Of a stretch of 64,000 nucleotides of DNA, positions 37,681 to 45,895 are shown piece by piece. Under the pieces are notes generated by a model. The model worked only from the letters and a program-made list of their open reading frames with translations. It was not told where the DNA came from and did no database searches. The stretch lies in NCBI GenBank assembly GCA_964417925.1, contig CAYQJV010000005.1, forward strand, positions 176-64,175, given 5' to 3'. How positions within the stretch are numbered: the stretch's first letter is position 1; each line of letters opens with the position of its first letter. Made by a program: the position numbers and the translations under genes. The stretch is from an uncultured bacterium (lineage in GTDB: Bacteria > Hydrothermota > Tepidihabitantia > B3-TA06 > CAYQJV01).

Positions 37681-38553
37681 ATGAAAAAAATAAAGTTGAA
37701 GATTAAATGGAAGGATGAGTTTATAGATGGTATTTTTATACTTATAGGATCTGCAATTCTTGGTGTGGGATATGCCTTTTTCCTCATTCCCCATCATATT
37801 GTTCCAGGAGGATTAGGAGGACTTTCCATTGTTATCAATTATCTCATTGGCATCAGTGTGGGTACCGGATATGTAATTTTAAACATACCTGTATTTATCT
37901 TGGGTATTAAAAATCTTGGATTTAGATATGGAATAAAAAGTCTTATAGGAATACTCTTATCATCCTTTTTCATAGATCTTTTTTATAAGTTTCTGAGCTT
38001 ACCTACTGCTACAGGCAGTAAACTACTGGCATCGGTATACGGAGGAGCATTACTTGGACTTGGACTTGGTATAGTATTCAGAGGCCATGCCTCAACAGGA
38101 GGAACAGATGTAATAGGACAGGTAATAAATAAATTTACAAATCTGAGTGTAGGAATCGGCATTCTTATAGTAGATTTTGTTATAATCTCTCTTTCTGGAG
38201 TTGTTTTTAGATCTTTTGAATTACCCCTTTACGGTTACCTTGCACTTTTTATTTCTTCCAAAGTGGTGGATTTTGTACTTGAAGGGTGGGGATATGCAAA
38301 AATGGTGATAATAATTACAGATAAGGAGGAGAAAATAAAAGATGTAATACTTTCTAAAATGAACCGAGGAGTAACCGGGCTTAAGTCAATCACAGGATAT
38401 CGTAAAAAAGAGACTGAAGCACTTCTTGTAGTGGTTGCTAAAAAGGAAATACCCGTTTTAAAACAATACGTAAAGACAATAGACCCAAAAGCTTTTGTGA
38501 TCATTTCAGATGTTTATGAAGTTTTGGGAAAGGGCTTTAGACCCCGAATATAA
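37681..38553 (+). CDS. YitT-family membrane protein (DUF161/DUF2179)
   Basis: N-terminal multi-TM region and C-terminal DUF2179-like domain (LVVVAKKEIPVLKQYVKTIDPKAFVIISDV). Confidence 0.7.
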   Translation: MKKIKLKIKWKDEFIDGIFILIGSAILGVGYAFFLIPHHIVPGGLGGLSIVINYLIGISVGTGYVILNIPVFILGIKNLGFRYGIKSLIGILLSSFFIDLFYKFLSLPTATGSKLLASVYGGALLGLGLGIVFRGHASTGGTDVIGQVINKFTNLSVGIGILIVDFVIISLSGVVFRSFELPLYGYLALFISSKVVDFVLEGWGYAKMVIIITDKEEKIKDVILSKMNRGVTGLKSITGYRKKETEALLVVVAKKEIPVLKQYVKTIDPKAFVIISDVYEVLGKGFRPRI

Positions 38554-38572
38554 AAACAATAAGGAGGAAACA

Positions 38573-39163
38573 ATGGGAAAAATTAAAATACTTGTTATAA
38601 ATGGATCCCCAAGAAAGGATGGCATTACGATGTCTCTTGCAAAATATGTTATTTCCTCTGCAAAAAAAAGTGGGGCAGAGATAGAAATAATTCACTTGAT
38701 TGATAAAAAAATTAAACCCTGCGAAGGTTGTGTAAGTAAAAATCCCAAAGAATGCAACAGAGATAGATGCAAAGAGTTGAATGATGATATAGAGGAAATA
38801 TTTAATAAGTTTATGGAGTGTGATGGGGTATTATTTGTTTCTCCTGTCTACTGGTATTCTCCTTCTGCATTAATGAAAAATTTAATTGACAGATTAACTG
38901 CCCTTGAAAATGAAGGGAAATTACTTGACGGAAAGGTAGGAGGATTCGTTGTTACAGCCCAAGAAGATGGTGCTATGATGACCATACTTACAATGATGGG
39001 GACTCTGAATGATATGGGCTTTATTTTCCCTCCTTATGCTTTTACATATTCGGTAGGTTTTGAAAAGGTAGAAGAGGATAAAGAGGCTATAACCTATGCA
39101 GAAAGGCTTGGGAAAAATATGGTTGAGTTGATAGAAATAGTAAAAAAAAGAAAATGGGTATAA
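38573..39163 (+). CDS. NADPH-dependent FMN reductase family / iron-sulfur flavoprotein-like
   Basis: ILVINGSPRKDG flavodoxin-like N-terminus, compact Cys cluster CEGC-x7-C-x4-C; start set at ATG 38573 after AAGGAGGA. Confidence 0.65.
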   Translation: MGKIKILVINGSPRKDGITMSLAKYVISSAKKSGAEIEIIHLIDKKIKPCEGCVSKNPKECNRDRCKELNDDIEEIFNKFMECDGVLFVSPVYWYSPSALMKNLIDRLTALENEGKLLDGKVGGFVVTAQEDGAMMTILTMMGTLNDMGFIFPPYAFTYSVGFEKVEEDKEAITYAERLGKNMVELIEIVKKRKWV

Positions 39164-39200
39164 AATTGACTTTTCAATTTATTTTACTTATCATTCTAAA

Positions 39201-39659
39201 ATGAATCCCGAAGAGATAGAAAAAAAGGAGTTTCCAAAAGTTCTAAGAGGATATGATGTAGTACAGGTGAAAAGTTACTTAAAAGAGATAGCATCCTATC
39301 TAAAACAGTTAATGGATGAAAAACAACACTTGGAAATAAGAATAAAAAAACTTGAAGAAAAAATAGAAGGTTATGAAAAAATAGAAAAAATGCTTGAAGA
39401 AACTGTCACCACTACAAAAAGGGCTACTGAAGAAATAAAAGAAAAAGCCAAAAGGGAAGCAGAAAGAATACTTAGGGAAGCAAGGAAAAAAACGGAGGAA
39501 ATGATAACCACTGCAGAAACTAAAAAGGCAACACTTGAAAAAGAAATAGAAATTTTAAAAGGACAGAAGGAGGCATTACTTGAAGATATAAAAGAAGTGA
39601 TTTCACAGTATACCGCTCTTTTAAAAAGATATGGAGGAGAAAAATGGTCCAACAAATGA
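39201..39659 (+). CDS. DivIVA-domain coiled-coil protein
   Basis: FPKVLRGYDVVQVKSYLKEI N-terminal DivIVA motif followed by coiled coil; possible leaderless start (TTGACT/TATCAT promoter ends 6 nt before ATG). Confidence 0.6.
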   Translation: MNPEEIEKKEFPKVLRGYDVVQVKSYLKEIASYLKQLMDEKQHLEIRIKKLEEKIEGYEKIEKMLEETVTTTKRATEEIKEKAKREAERILREARKKTEEMITTAETKKATLEKEIEILKGQKEALLEDIKEVISQYTALLKRYGGEKWSNK

Positions 39660-40459
39660 GCGAAGCGATAGAATTTATAAAAAGTGTTACCAAGATAAAA
39701 CCCAAACTCGGTATTATCCTTGGATCAGGCCTTTATCCGGCTGTGGAAGAACTCAAAGAACAGGTCAAAATTCCTTATCAACAGATTCCTAATTTTATGA
39801 CTCCCACTGCTCCAGAGCATCCCGGGGAACTGATACTTGGATATTTGAATGATTATCCCATAATAGTGATGAAAGGAAGGCTTCACTATTACGAAGGATA
39901 CACCGGAGAACAGATTACATTCCCTGTAAGGCTTATGAAAAAACTGGGTATAAATAGATTAATAATCACCAACATCGCGGGTGGGATAAACTCATTTTAT
40001 AAGCTTGGAGATATAGTGATAATATATGACCATATAAATCTTCTCGGCAGAAATCCATTGGAGGGATTTATTTGTGAAGACCCCAGGAAAAGGTTTCCTG
40101 TAATGTGTGGAGCCTATTCCAGAGAGATGATTGAAATCGCAGAAAGGGCATTTATTAAAGCAGAAATTGCTCCAAGGTATGGTGTTTATGCAGGGGTTCT
40201 GGGGCCATCCCTTGAAACTCCAGCGGAGCTAAGAGCACTCATCTCTATTGGTGCAGATCTCGTTGGAATGTCCACCATCCCTGAAGTTATAGTAGCAGTA
40301 CAGGAAGGAATAAAAGTACTTGCTCTATCTGTAGTTACAAACATCGTTAATCTTTGGCACCATCCACACGAAGAAAACTTCTTAGAAGTTGCAAAACAGG
40401 GAGCAGAGAAGCTAAAAAAAATCATCTTCTTTATCATTGAAATACTAAAAACTCAATGA
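39644..40459 (+). CDS. purine nucleoside phosphorylase (PNP/MTAP family I)
   Basis: LGIILGSGL, TPTAPEHPGEL, GMSTIPE motifs of PNP family. Confidence 0.8.
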   Translation: MVQQMSEAIEFIKSVTKIKPKLGIILGSGLYPAVEELKEQVKIPYQQIPNFMTPTAPEHPGELILGYLNDYPIIVMKGRLHYYEGYTGEQITFPVRLMKKLGINRLIITNIAGGINSFYKLGDIVIIYDHINLLGRNPLEGFICEDPRKRFPVMCGAYSREMIEIAERAFIKAEIAPRYGVYAGVLGPSLETPAELRALISIGADLVGMSTIPEVIVAVQEGIKVLALSVVTNIVNLWHHPHEENFLEVAKQGAEKLKKIIFFIIEILKTQ

Positions 40460-41316
40460 AAAGAATACTTTACATCTCTATTCTATCCCTGTTGTTATGT
40501 AGAAAAACCACTGAAAATATAAGCGAAGCAGAATCTGCTCTTATAAAGAGAGATTACACCAAAGCATTATTTATCCTTGAGCCCTTAAAGAGTAAAAAAA
40601 ACGCAAGAATCAAGTATCTTTTTGGAAAAACATACCTCGGATTAAAAAATGTAAAAGAATTTACTCTATATTTCAATGAAACTTTAAAACTCGATTCCTC
40701 GTATACCGATAGTATTATAGCATGTTGCATTAAACGAGCAAAGGAACTTTACAGAGTCAAAGAATATGAAACAGCGATACAGATACTTAAATATGCAGAA
40801 AAATTGAATGGATTTGGAAAATCAAAATTGGGACTTTTAACCTTTGGGGACATATACAAAGTTTTTGGAGAGTTTACAAAGGCAGAGTATTATTACCGAA
40901 AGGCATTGACCTATGCTAAACCTGCGGAAAGAGAGAAGATATGGGAAAAATTGATCAAAATATATGAAGATTCTAAGGAATGGGACCAAGCATGCAGGGT
41001 GTGCCTTGAAGCAATGAGAAAGGACAAGTTATGGCATCTTCAGTTAAAATATACTCAATATGCTTACAAACTTGCAGAAACTCTTTTTACTGAAGGCAAA
41101 ATAGATTCTGCAGCAAAGGTAATGGAAGAAGCTTCAAAGTTGGAAATTCCAAATATGATAAAGGATGAATTTTTCTTTCTTTACGGTGAAATTTTACTTG
41201 CTAAGGGAGATATTGAAAAAGCCAAACAAATGTACAAGCTTGTTCTATCCTGCGCTTTAGCATCCCCCTCCCTTAGGGAAAGATCAAGGGAAAGACTAAA
41301 GATTTTGAGTAAATGA
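40456..41316 (+). CDS. TPR-repeat lipoprotein
   Basis: Signal peptide with LLLC lipobox, TPR-like helical repeats; translationally coupled both sides. Confidence 0.6.
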   Translation: MKRILYISILSLLLCRKTTENISEAESALIKRDYTKALFILEPLKSKKNARIKYLFGKTYLGLKNVKEFTLYFNETLKLDSSYTDSIIACCIKRAKELYRVKEYETAIQILKYAEKLNGFGKSKLGLLTFGDIYKVFGEFTKAEYYYRKALTYAKPAEREKIWEKLIKIYEDSKEWDQACRVCLEAMRKDKLWHLQLKYTQYAYKLAETLFTEGKIDSAAKVMEEASKLEIPNMIKDEFFFLYGEILLAKGDIEKAKQMYKLVLSCALASPSLRERSRERLKILSK

Positions 41317-41957
41317 GAAAAGCACTTGTTCTACTAAGCATTTTTATAGTAATTGCTTCTTGCAGAAGAGGGAAAAAGACTGTTCACGTCCCCCCTCCTG
41401 AAGAACTGTTTAAAAAGGCGGAGAAGTTATACAATGATAAAAAATATTATAAAGCAGCAGAAGTATTTAATAAAATAATACTCAACTACCCTGGGTGTTC
41501 TTTGGTTCCTGAGGCACAATACTATTTAGCATACTCTTACTACTATATGAAGGATTATGAAAGAGCAGAAGTGGAATTTGAATTCCTATACAGACAGTTT
41601 CCTACTTCTGCATATGCAGAGGAAGGGGAGTTAATGGCTGCAGTATGTATGTATCTTGCTTCTCCACCTTATTATAAAGACCAGACAAAAACATTGGAAG
41701 CAAAGAAAATGTTTGAAAAATTTATAAAAAGACACCCTAACAGTCCACTTAAAGAGAAGGCTGAAGAGTACATTAAAAAGATAAATGAAAAACTTGCACA
41801 AAAGGAGTTTGAAACTGCGTTGCTTTACTATAAATTTGCCGAATACAGAGCTGCTCTTCAGTCCTTTAAATACATAGTAGAAAACTTTCCGGACACTGAC
41901 AAGGCAAAGGAAGCAAAAAGATACATGGAAAAATGTAAAAAATATCTTGAAAAATGA
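41313..41957 (+). CDS. outer-membrane assembly lipoprotein BamD/YfiO-like (TPR)
   Basis: Lipobox IASC, TPR-like repeats with BamD-type N-terminal block (YYKAAEVFNKIILNYPGCSLVPEAQYYLAYSYY). Confidence 0.55.
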   Translation: MRKALVLLSIFIVIASCRRGKKTVHVPPPEELFKKAEKLYNDKKYYKAAEVFNKIILNYPGCSLVPEAQYYLAYSYYYMKDYERAEVEFEFLYRQFPTSAYAEEGELMAAVCMYLASPPYYKDQTKTLEAKKMFEKFIKRHPNSPLKEKAEEYIKKINEKLAQKEFETALLYYKFAEYRAALQSFKYIVENFPDTDKAKEAKRYMEKCKKYLEK

Positions 41958-42514
41958 AGATAGGAATTTTTGGAGGAAGATTTGACCCTCCGCATGTAGG
42001 GCATCTGATACATGCCCAGTTGCTGTGTTCTGATCACGGATTGGATGTAATACTTTTTGTCCCTTCATTTGACCCCCCTCATAAAAATGTTGTTGCTTCT
42101 TTTGATGATAGGTTTAAAATGACAAAAATAGCAATAAGCAGAAACAAACGGTTCTGGATTACCCCTCTTGAAAAACAAAAAGGAGGTAAATCTTACACAG
42201 TAAATACATTGATGATTCTTAAAAGAATCTACAAACACCACGAGCTCTATCTCATCATAGGAGCAGATGAATGGAAAAACTTTAACCAATGGAAGGAACC
42301 CAATAAAATAATGGAACTTTCAAAAATAATTGTTCTTCCAAGAAAAGACATAAAGATAAAAAAGAAAAAGGAGATAATAACTCCATCTCTTCCATTAATA
42401 GATATATCCTCTACTGATATAAGAGAACGAATAAAAAGGGGAAAATCAATCAAGTACTTAGTACCAGAAGGGGTAAGAATGTACATATTGAAAAATAACC
42501 TTTATAAAGATTAA
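41954..42514 (+). CDS. nadD: nicotinate-nucleotide adenylyltransferase
   Basis: GGRFDPPHVGHL (H/TxGH) nucleotidyltransferase motif, size 186 aa. Confidence 0.85.
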   Translation: MKIGIFGGRFDPPHVGHLIHAQLLCSDHGLDVILFVPSFDPPHKNVVASFDDRFKMTKIAISRNKRFWITPLEKQKGGKSYTVNTLMILKRIYKHHELYLIIGADEWKNFNQWKEPNKIMELSKIIVLPRKDIKIKKKKEIITPSLPLIDISSTDIRERIKRGKSIKYLVPEGVRMYILKNNLYKD

Positions 42515-42860
42515 AAAAAATTTCACCCCTTACTCTGCTTGGAGAATAGCACAAAAAGTGGTTACAGAAATGCTTATGGAGACGACTCCTATGCCTGGTA
42601 CCGGGATGGCTGTGCAGAATACATATTTACCCATCCATTAAACATTTATTCCATTTCTAAAACGAGAGTAAGCTGGTTTTACAGATGTGGAAAAGAACTT
42701 GAAAATCAAACATACATTGACAGGGCGTTGAGCTTTGGGAATAGATAATTGATACAGATAATGATGGAGGAATTCCTGCATCCACACAGGACTCCTGTAC
42801 AGAGGATATGACATGGATTTCTGCTCAAGAAGGAAGTTAAGCAAATTTATTTTATAAAAA

Positions 42861-43325
42861 TTAAAGAGATTCCTCTTTAAAAAAAGTCTCCTTTACCACA
42901 ATTATTATAACAGAGATTACAATTGAAGCATCTGCAACATTGAAGGTATACCACCTCAGATTTCCTATGCCCATATCAATGAAATCAACCACCTTTCCTT
43001 TAACAACTCTATCAATGATGTTTCCCATTCCTCCTCCAAGAATCACTCCTAAAAGGACAAGATAAAATTTTGAGTCTGTTTTTGAAATAAGATAAATAAC
43101 AAATGCTATTCCTGCAACAGGAAGTATATAATAAATCCATGAAGGACCAAAAGAAAGTCCAAAAAGTCCTTTTTCATTGTAGAGAAAAGTTATTTTTATA
43201 TAGTCTCCTAATATTTTCACACTTTCATGAAGAAAAAGATTTTTAACTACTAAATACTTGGTAAATTGATCTACAAAGGTAACTATCATTGCAGGCAAAA
43301 ATGCATACACGATTTTCCTCATCAC
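42861..43325 (-). CDS. lspA: lipoprotein signal peptidase II
   Basis: Four TM, conserved NIIDR and FNVADASI motifs. Confidence 0.85.
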   Translation of the reverse strand: MMRKIVYAFLPAMIVTFVDQFTKYLVVKNLFLHESVKILGDYIKITFLYNEKGLFGLSFGPSWIYYILPVAGIAFVIYLISKTDSKFYLVLLGVILGGGMGNIIDRVVKGKVVDFIDMGIGNLRWYTFNVADASIVISVIIIVVKETFFKEESL

Positions 43326-44068
43326 TTAATTTTACTCTTTTTTACACTGAAGTCAAAAATATCAAAAGGAAAATACACTCTGTTTACATTGGTAACTCCA
43401 ACAAGAATGTTATCCAGAACCTTTCTATCTATTTTTTTTAACTCCTGTATTAACCTCCTTATCAATAACCTTTTATTCTCATTCTCATACGGACACTTAT
43501 TTTCAATCACTTTGATCTGCTTTTTTCTTGTATATTCTTCTATATCTTCCTCGGTAAAAAAATAGAGAGGGCGTATAATAAAAAACTTTCCTCCAAAAAA
43601 GTCCTGTTTTATCTTCATGGTTGCTATTTCTCTGTTAAAAAAAAGATTCATCAACAAAGATTCAACAACATCTTCTTTATGATGTCCAAGGGCAATCTTC
43701 TTTACCCCTTTCTCTTCTGCAATTTCAAAAAGCCTTTTTCTCTTTTCCCTTGAACATGCATAACATTTGGAACCTTCCTTATTAAAGGATGGTGAAATCT
43801 CCTCATGGTAAAACCTTATCCTTTTTTTATTGCAGAACCCCTCCAAATATCTAATCACTTCTTCATTTTTTCTAAAAATCTCTTGAAAATGCACTGCCTC
43901 TATCTCATATCCTTTGTTGTACTTCTCGTTGTATAAAGACAACAGAGATAAAAGTGTTAAACTATCCTTTCCTCCAGAAACTCCAACAATTATCCTTTCC
44001 TTTTCCTCTAATAATGAGTGCTTTTCTATTGCTTTTTTAAAAAGCCTTAGATAACGTTTTATCCAGAT
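43322..44068 (-). CDS. PP-loop ATPase, TtcA/TilS-like tRNA-modifying enzyme; PP-loop region lies upstream of any canonical start codon
   Basis: ORF track starts at TTG 43942, but in-frame upstream sequence encodes IIVGVSGGKDS (SGGxDS PP-loop) up to stop at 44075; CYAC Cys motif downstream; start likely ATC/ATA or sequence error. Confidence 0.55.
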   Translation of the reverse strand: MWIKRYLRLFKKAIEKHSLLEEKERIIVGVSGGKDSLTLLSLLSLYNEKYNKGYEIEAVHFQEIFRKNEEVIRYLEGFCNKKRIRFYHEEISPSFNKEGSKCYACSREKRKRLFEIAEEKGVKKIALGHHKEDVVESLLMNLFFNREIATMKIKQDFFGGKFFIIRPLYFFTEEDIEEYTRKKQIKVIENKCPYENENKRLLIRRLIQELKKIDRKVLDNILVGVTNVNRVYFPFDIFDFSVKKSKIK

Positions 44069-44074
44069 TTTATT

Positions 44075-45895
44075 TTAAGGCTTTAATTCTTCAGGCTTGG
44101 TCTCTTCTTTTTTAATCTCATGGTAGTACTCAAGACCTGTAAGTACTTTAAATTCAACTCTTCTATTCATTGCCATACCTTCCTCAGTATCATTAGGGGC
44201 TATAGGTTGAGTTGCTCCGTATCCTTTCGCTACAAGTCTGTCTGGAGAAATGTTAAACTTCTCAATCAAGTACTTCCTTACAGCTTCTGCTCTTGCCTGT
44301 GAAAGTTCCATGTTATTTTTGAACTCTTTGGTATGAATAGGTCTTGGGTCTGTATGACCCGCTATCTCAACCTTTATTGTAGGGTTTTCCAATAGAATCT
44401 TTCCTATACGATCCAAAATAGGATATGAGTCTGGCAACAATCTTGCCTTTCCAGTTTCAAAGTGAATGTTATGAAATACAATAACCTCTTTTTCCCTGAG
44501 CAAGGCAAAATCTTTAACAGTAGTCTTATCAGGCTCAACAACAACTTCTGCTTCTTGGGGGAAATACTTTGGATGTTTGGGTTCTACCTTTAATGTATAC
44601 TTTCCTCTGTAAAGAGAAGGAGTCTCATACTCTCCATTTTTTGTTTCCACCTTTCCTTTATCAGGACCATCATAGTATATAACTGCTTCCAGAGGTTTGT
44701 TGGTCTTGACATCATAAACTTTTCCTCTGATCTTTCCTGGAGGAATTTTAGCAAGTTCTATTATCTTCTGTGTAGTTTTACCTGCTTTTACTTCTGCTTC
44801 TGCAGTAGTAGAATAATAATCAAACATCTCCGCTTTAATTTGAACCTTCCCTGGTATTATACCTACCTTTCTCCACACACCTTTCTCAGAAAGTTTTACT
44901 TTTGTTTTAAGAACCCCTCTCATACTGATCTCAGCGGGTAAAGGCCTTTTAGTATCCCTATCTATCACCTTAACAACCAATACACCTGTTTTGGGCCTTT
45001 CACCAAACACATAGTTCAGCCCTATTCTATGAGTATTGCCAAGTATTCCAAACGGCTCTATAGTATAATCAATTCTTACATCTTTCTTTATTAAAAATCC
45101 AAGACCTGCAGTAAAACCACTTACAGGATTAAGCTGGTTTATACTTTTAGGCCCTGTAGAATATCCTATCCTTGCACTGGCATAGGGAGGAAGAAAGAAC
45201 TCTGCTCCCGCATGTATGGATGGAGAGTTATCAATTGGAAGATCAACATCTGTTACCAATGATAGCAGTTCTGAAGGTTTAAAACCTGTACCTATTCTTA
45301 TCCCCATGGGGAGCATGTAATTCCCTCCAGGATACCTCATGCCTGGGGATAGATTATACACCGTTATGCCCAATCCAACCTTTGAAAATCTTGCATGCCA
45401 CCCAATATCAACTGCGCCTCCGAAAGCTTGAACATCATACAGATCTTCATACAGTCCTTTTATCCCTATTCCCATGTTCGTATTTCCTAAAAACCTTCGG
45501 GTATAGGTGAAGATCACCAACCCTTCTTTAATAGAGATCACACTATCAGGAAGAGGAGTATTATCTTCATCCCAATGTTCTATTCCACCTGCAGTTGAAA
45601 AATTCATACCAAAACCTATGGTAGTGGTGGGAGAATTAGGCCATACGATTGCTAAAAATTCATCTCTAATTCCTTGCAACCATTCATGATGAACAGCCAT
45701 CAACTCCCATGTTTCCATTTGGTTAAGTCCAGCAGGATTCCACCATAGAGCATTAATATCATCGGCAAGTCCAACAAAGGCATTCCCCATTGCTGCTACT
45801 CTGGGGCCAACTCCTATCTTTAAAAATTGATGGGCAGTGGTTCCAACATCGGTACCATTGAATTGAGCAAAAATTAAAAAGTACAATAACATCAT
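44075..45895 (-). CDS. PorV-like beta-barrel fused to two CarboxypepD_reg-like domains and a C-terminal OmpA peptidoglycan-binding domain
   Basis: N-terminus FLKIGVGPRVAAMGNAFVGLADDINALWWNPAGL; C-terminus OmpA_C motifs (NMELSQARAEAVRKYLIE...NRRVEF). Confidence 0.6.
   Translation of the reverse strand: MMLLYFLIFAQFNGTDVGTTAHQFLKIGVGPRVAAMGNAFVGLADDINALWWNPAGLNQMETWELMAVHHEWLQGIRDEFLAIVWPNSPTTTIGFGMNFSTAGGIEHWDEDNTPLPDSVISIKEGLVIFTYTRRFLGNTNMGIGIKGLYEDLYDVQAFGGAVDIGWHARFSKVGLGITVYNLSPGMRYPGGNYMLPMGIRIGTGFKPSELLSLVTDVDLPIDNSPSIHAGAEFFLPPYASARIGYSTGPKSINQLNPVSGFTAGLGFLIKKDVRIDYTIEPFGILGNTHRIGLNYVFGERPKTGVLVVKVIDRDTKRPLPAEISMRGVLKTKVKLSEKGVWRKVGIIPGKVQIKAEMFDYYSTTAEAEVKAGKTTQKIIELAKIPPGKIRGKVYDVKTNKPLEAVIYYDGPDKGKVETKNGEYETPSLYRGKYTLKVEPKHPKYFPQEAEVVVEPDKTTVKDFALLREKEVIVFHNIHFETGKARLLPDSYPILDRIGKILLENPTIKVEIAGHTDPRPIHTKEFKNNMELSQARAEAVRKYLIEKFNISPDRLVAKGYGATQPIAPNDTEEGMAMNRRVEFKVLTGLEYYHEIKKEETKPEELKP

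Noticed and set aside
42563-42577. ACAGAAAUGCUUAUGG resembling the RNase P RNA P4 ACAGAAnnnGCUUA motif
   Set aside because: The other universally conserved RNase P block (GGAAAGUCCGGGCUCC...) is absent within 400 nt on either strand, and upstream space is occupied by nadD; kept only as part of the unexplained-spacer finding.
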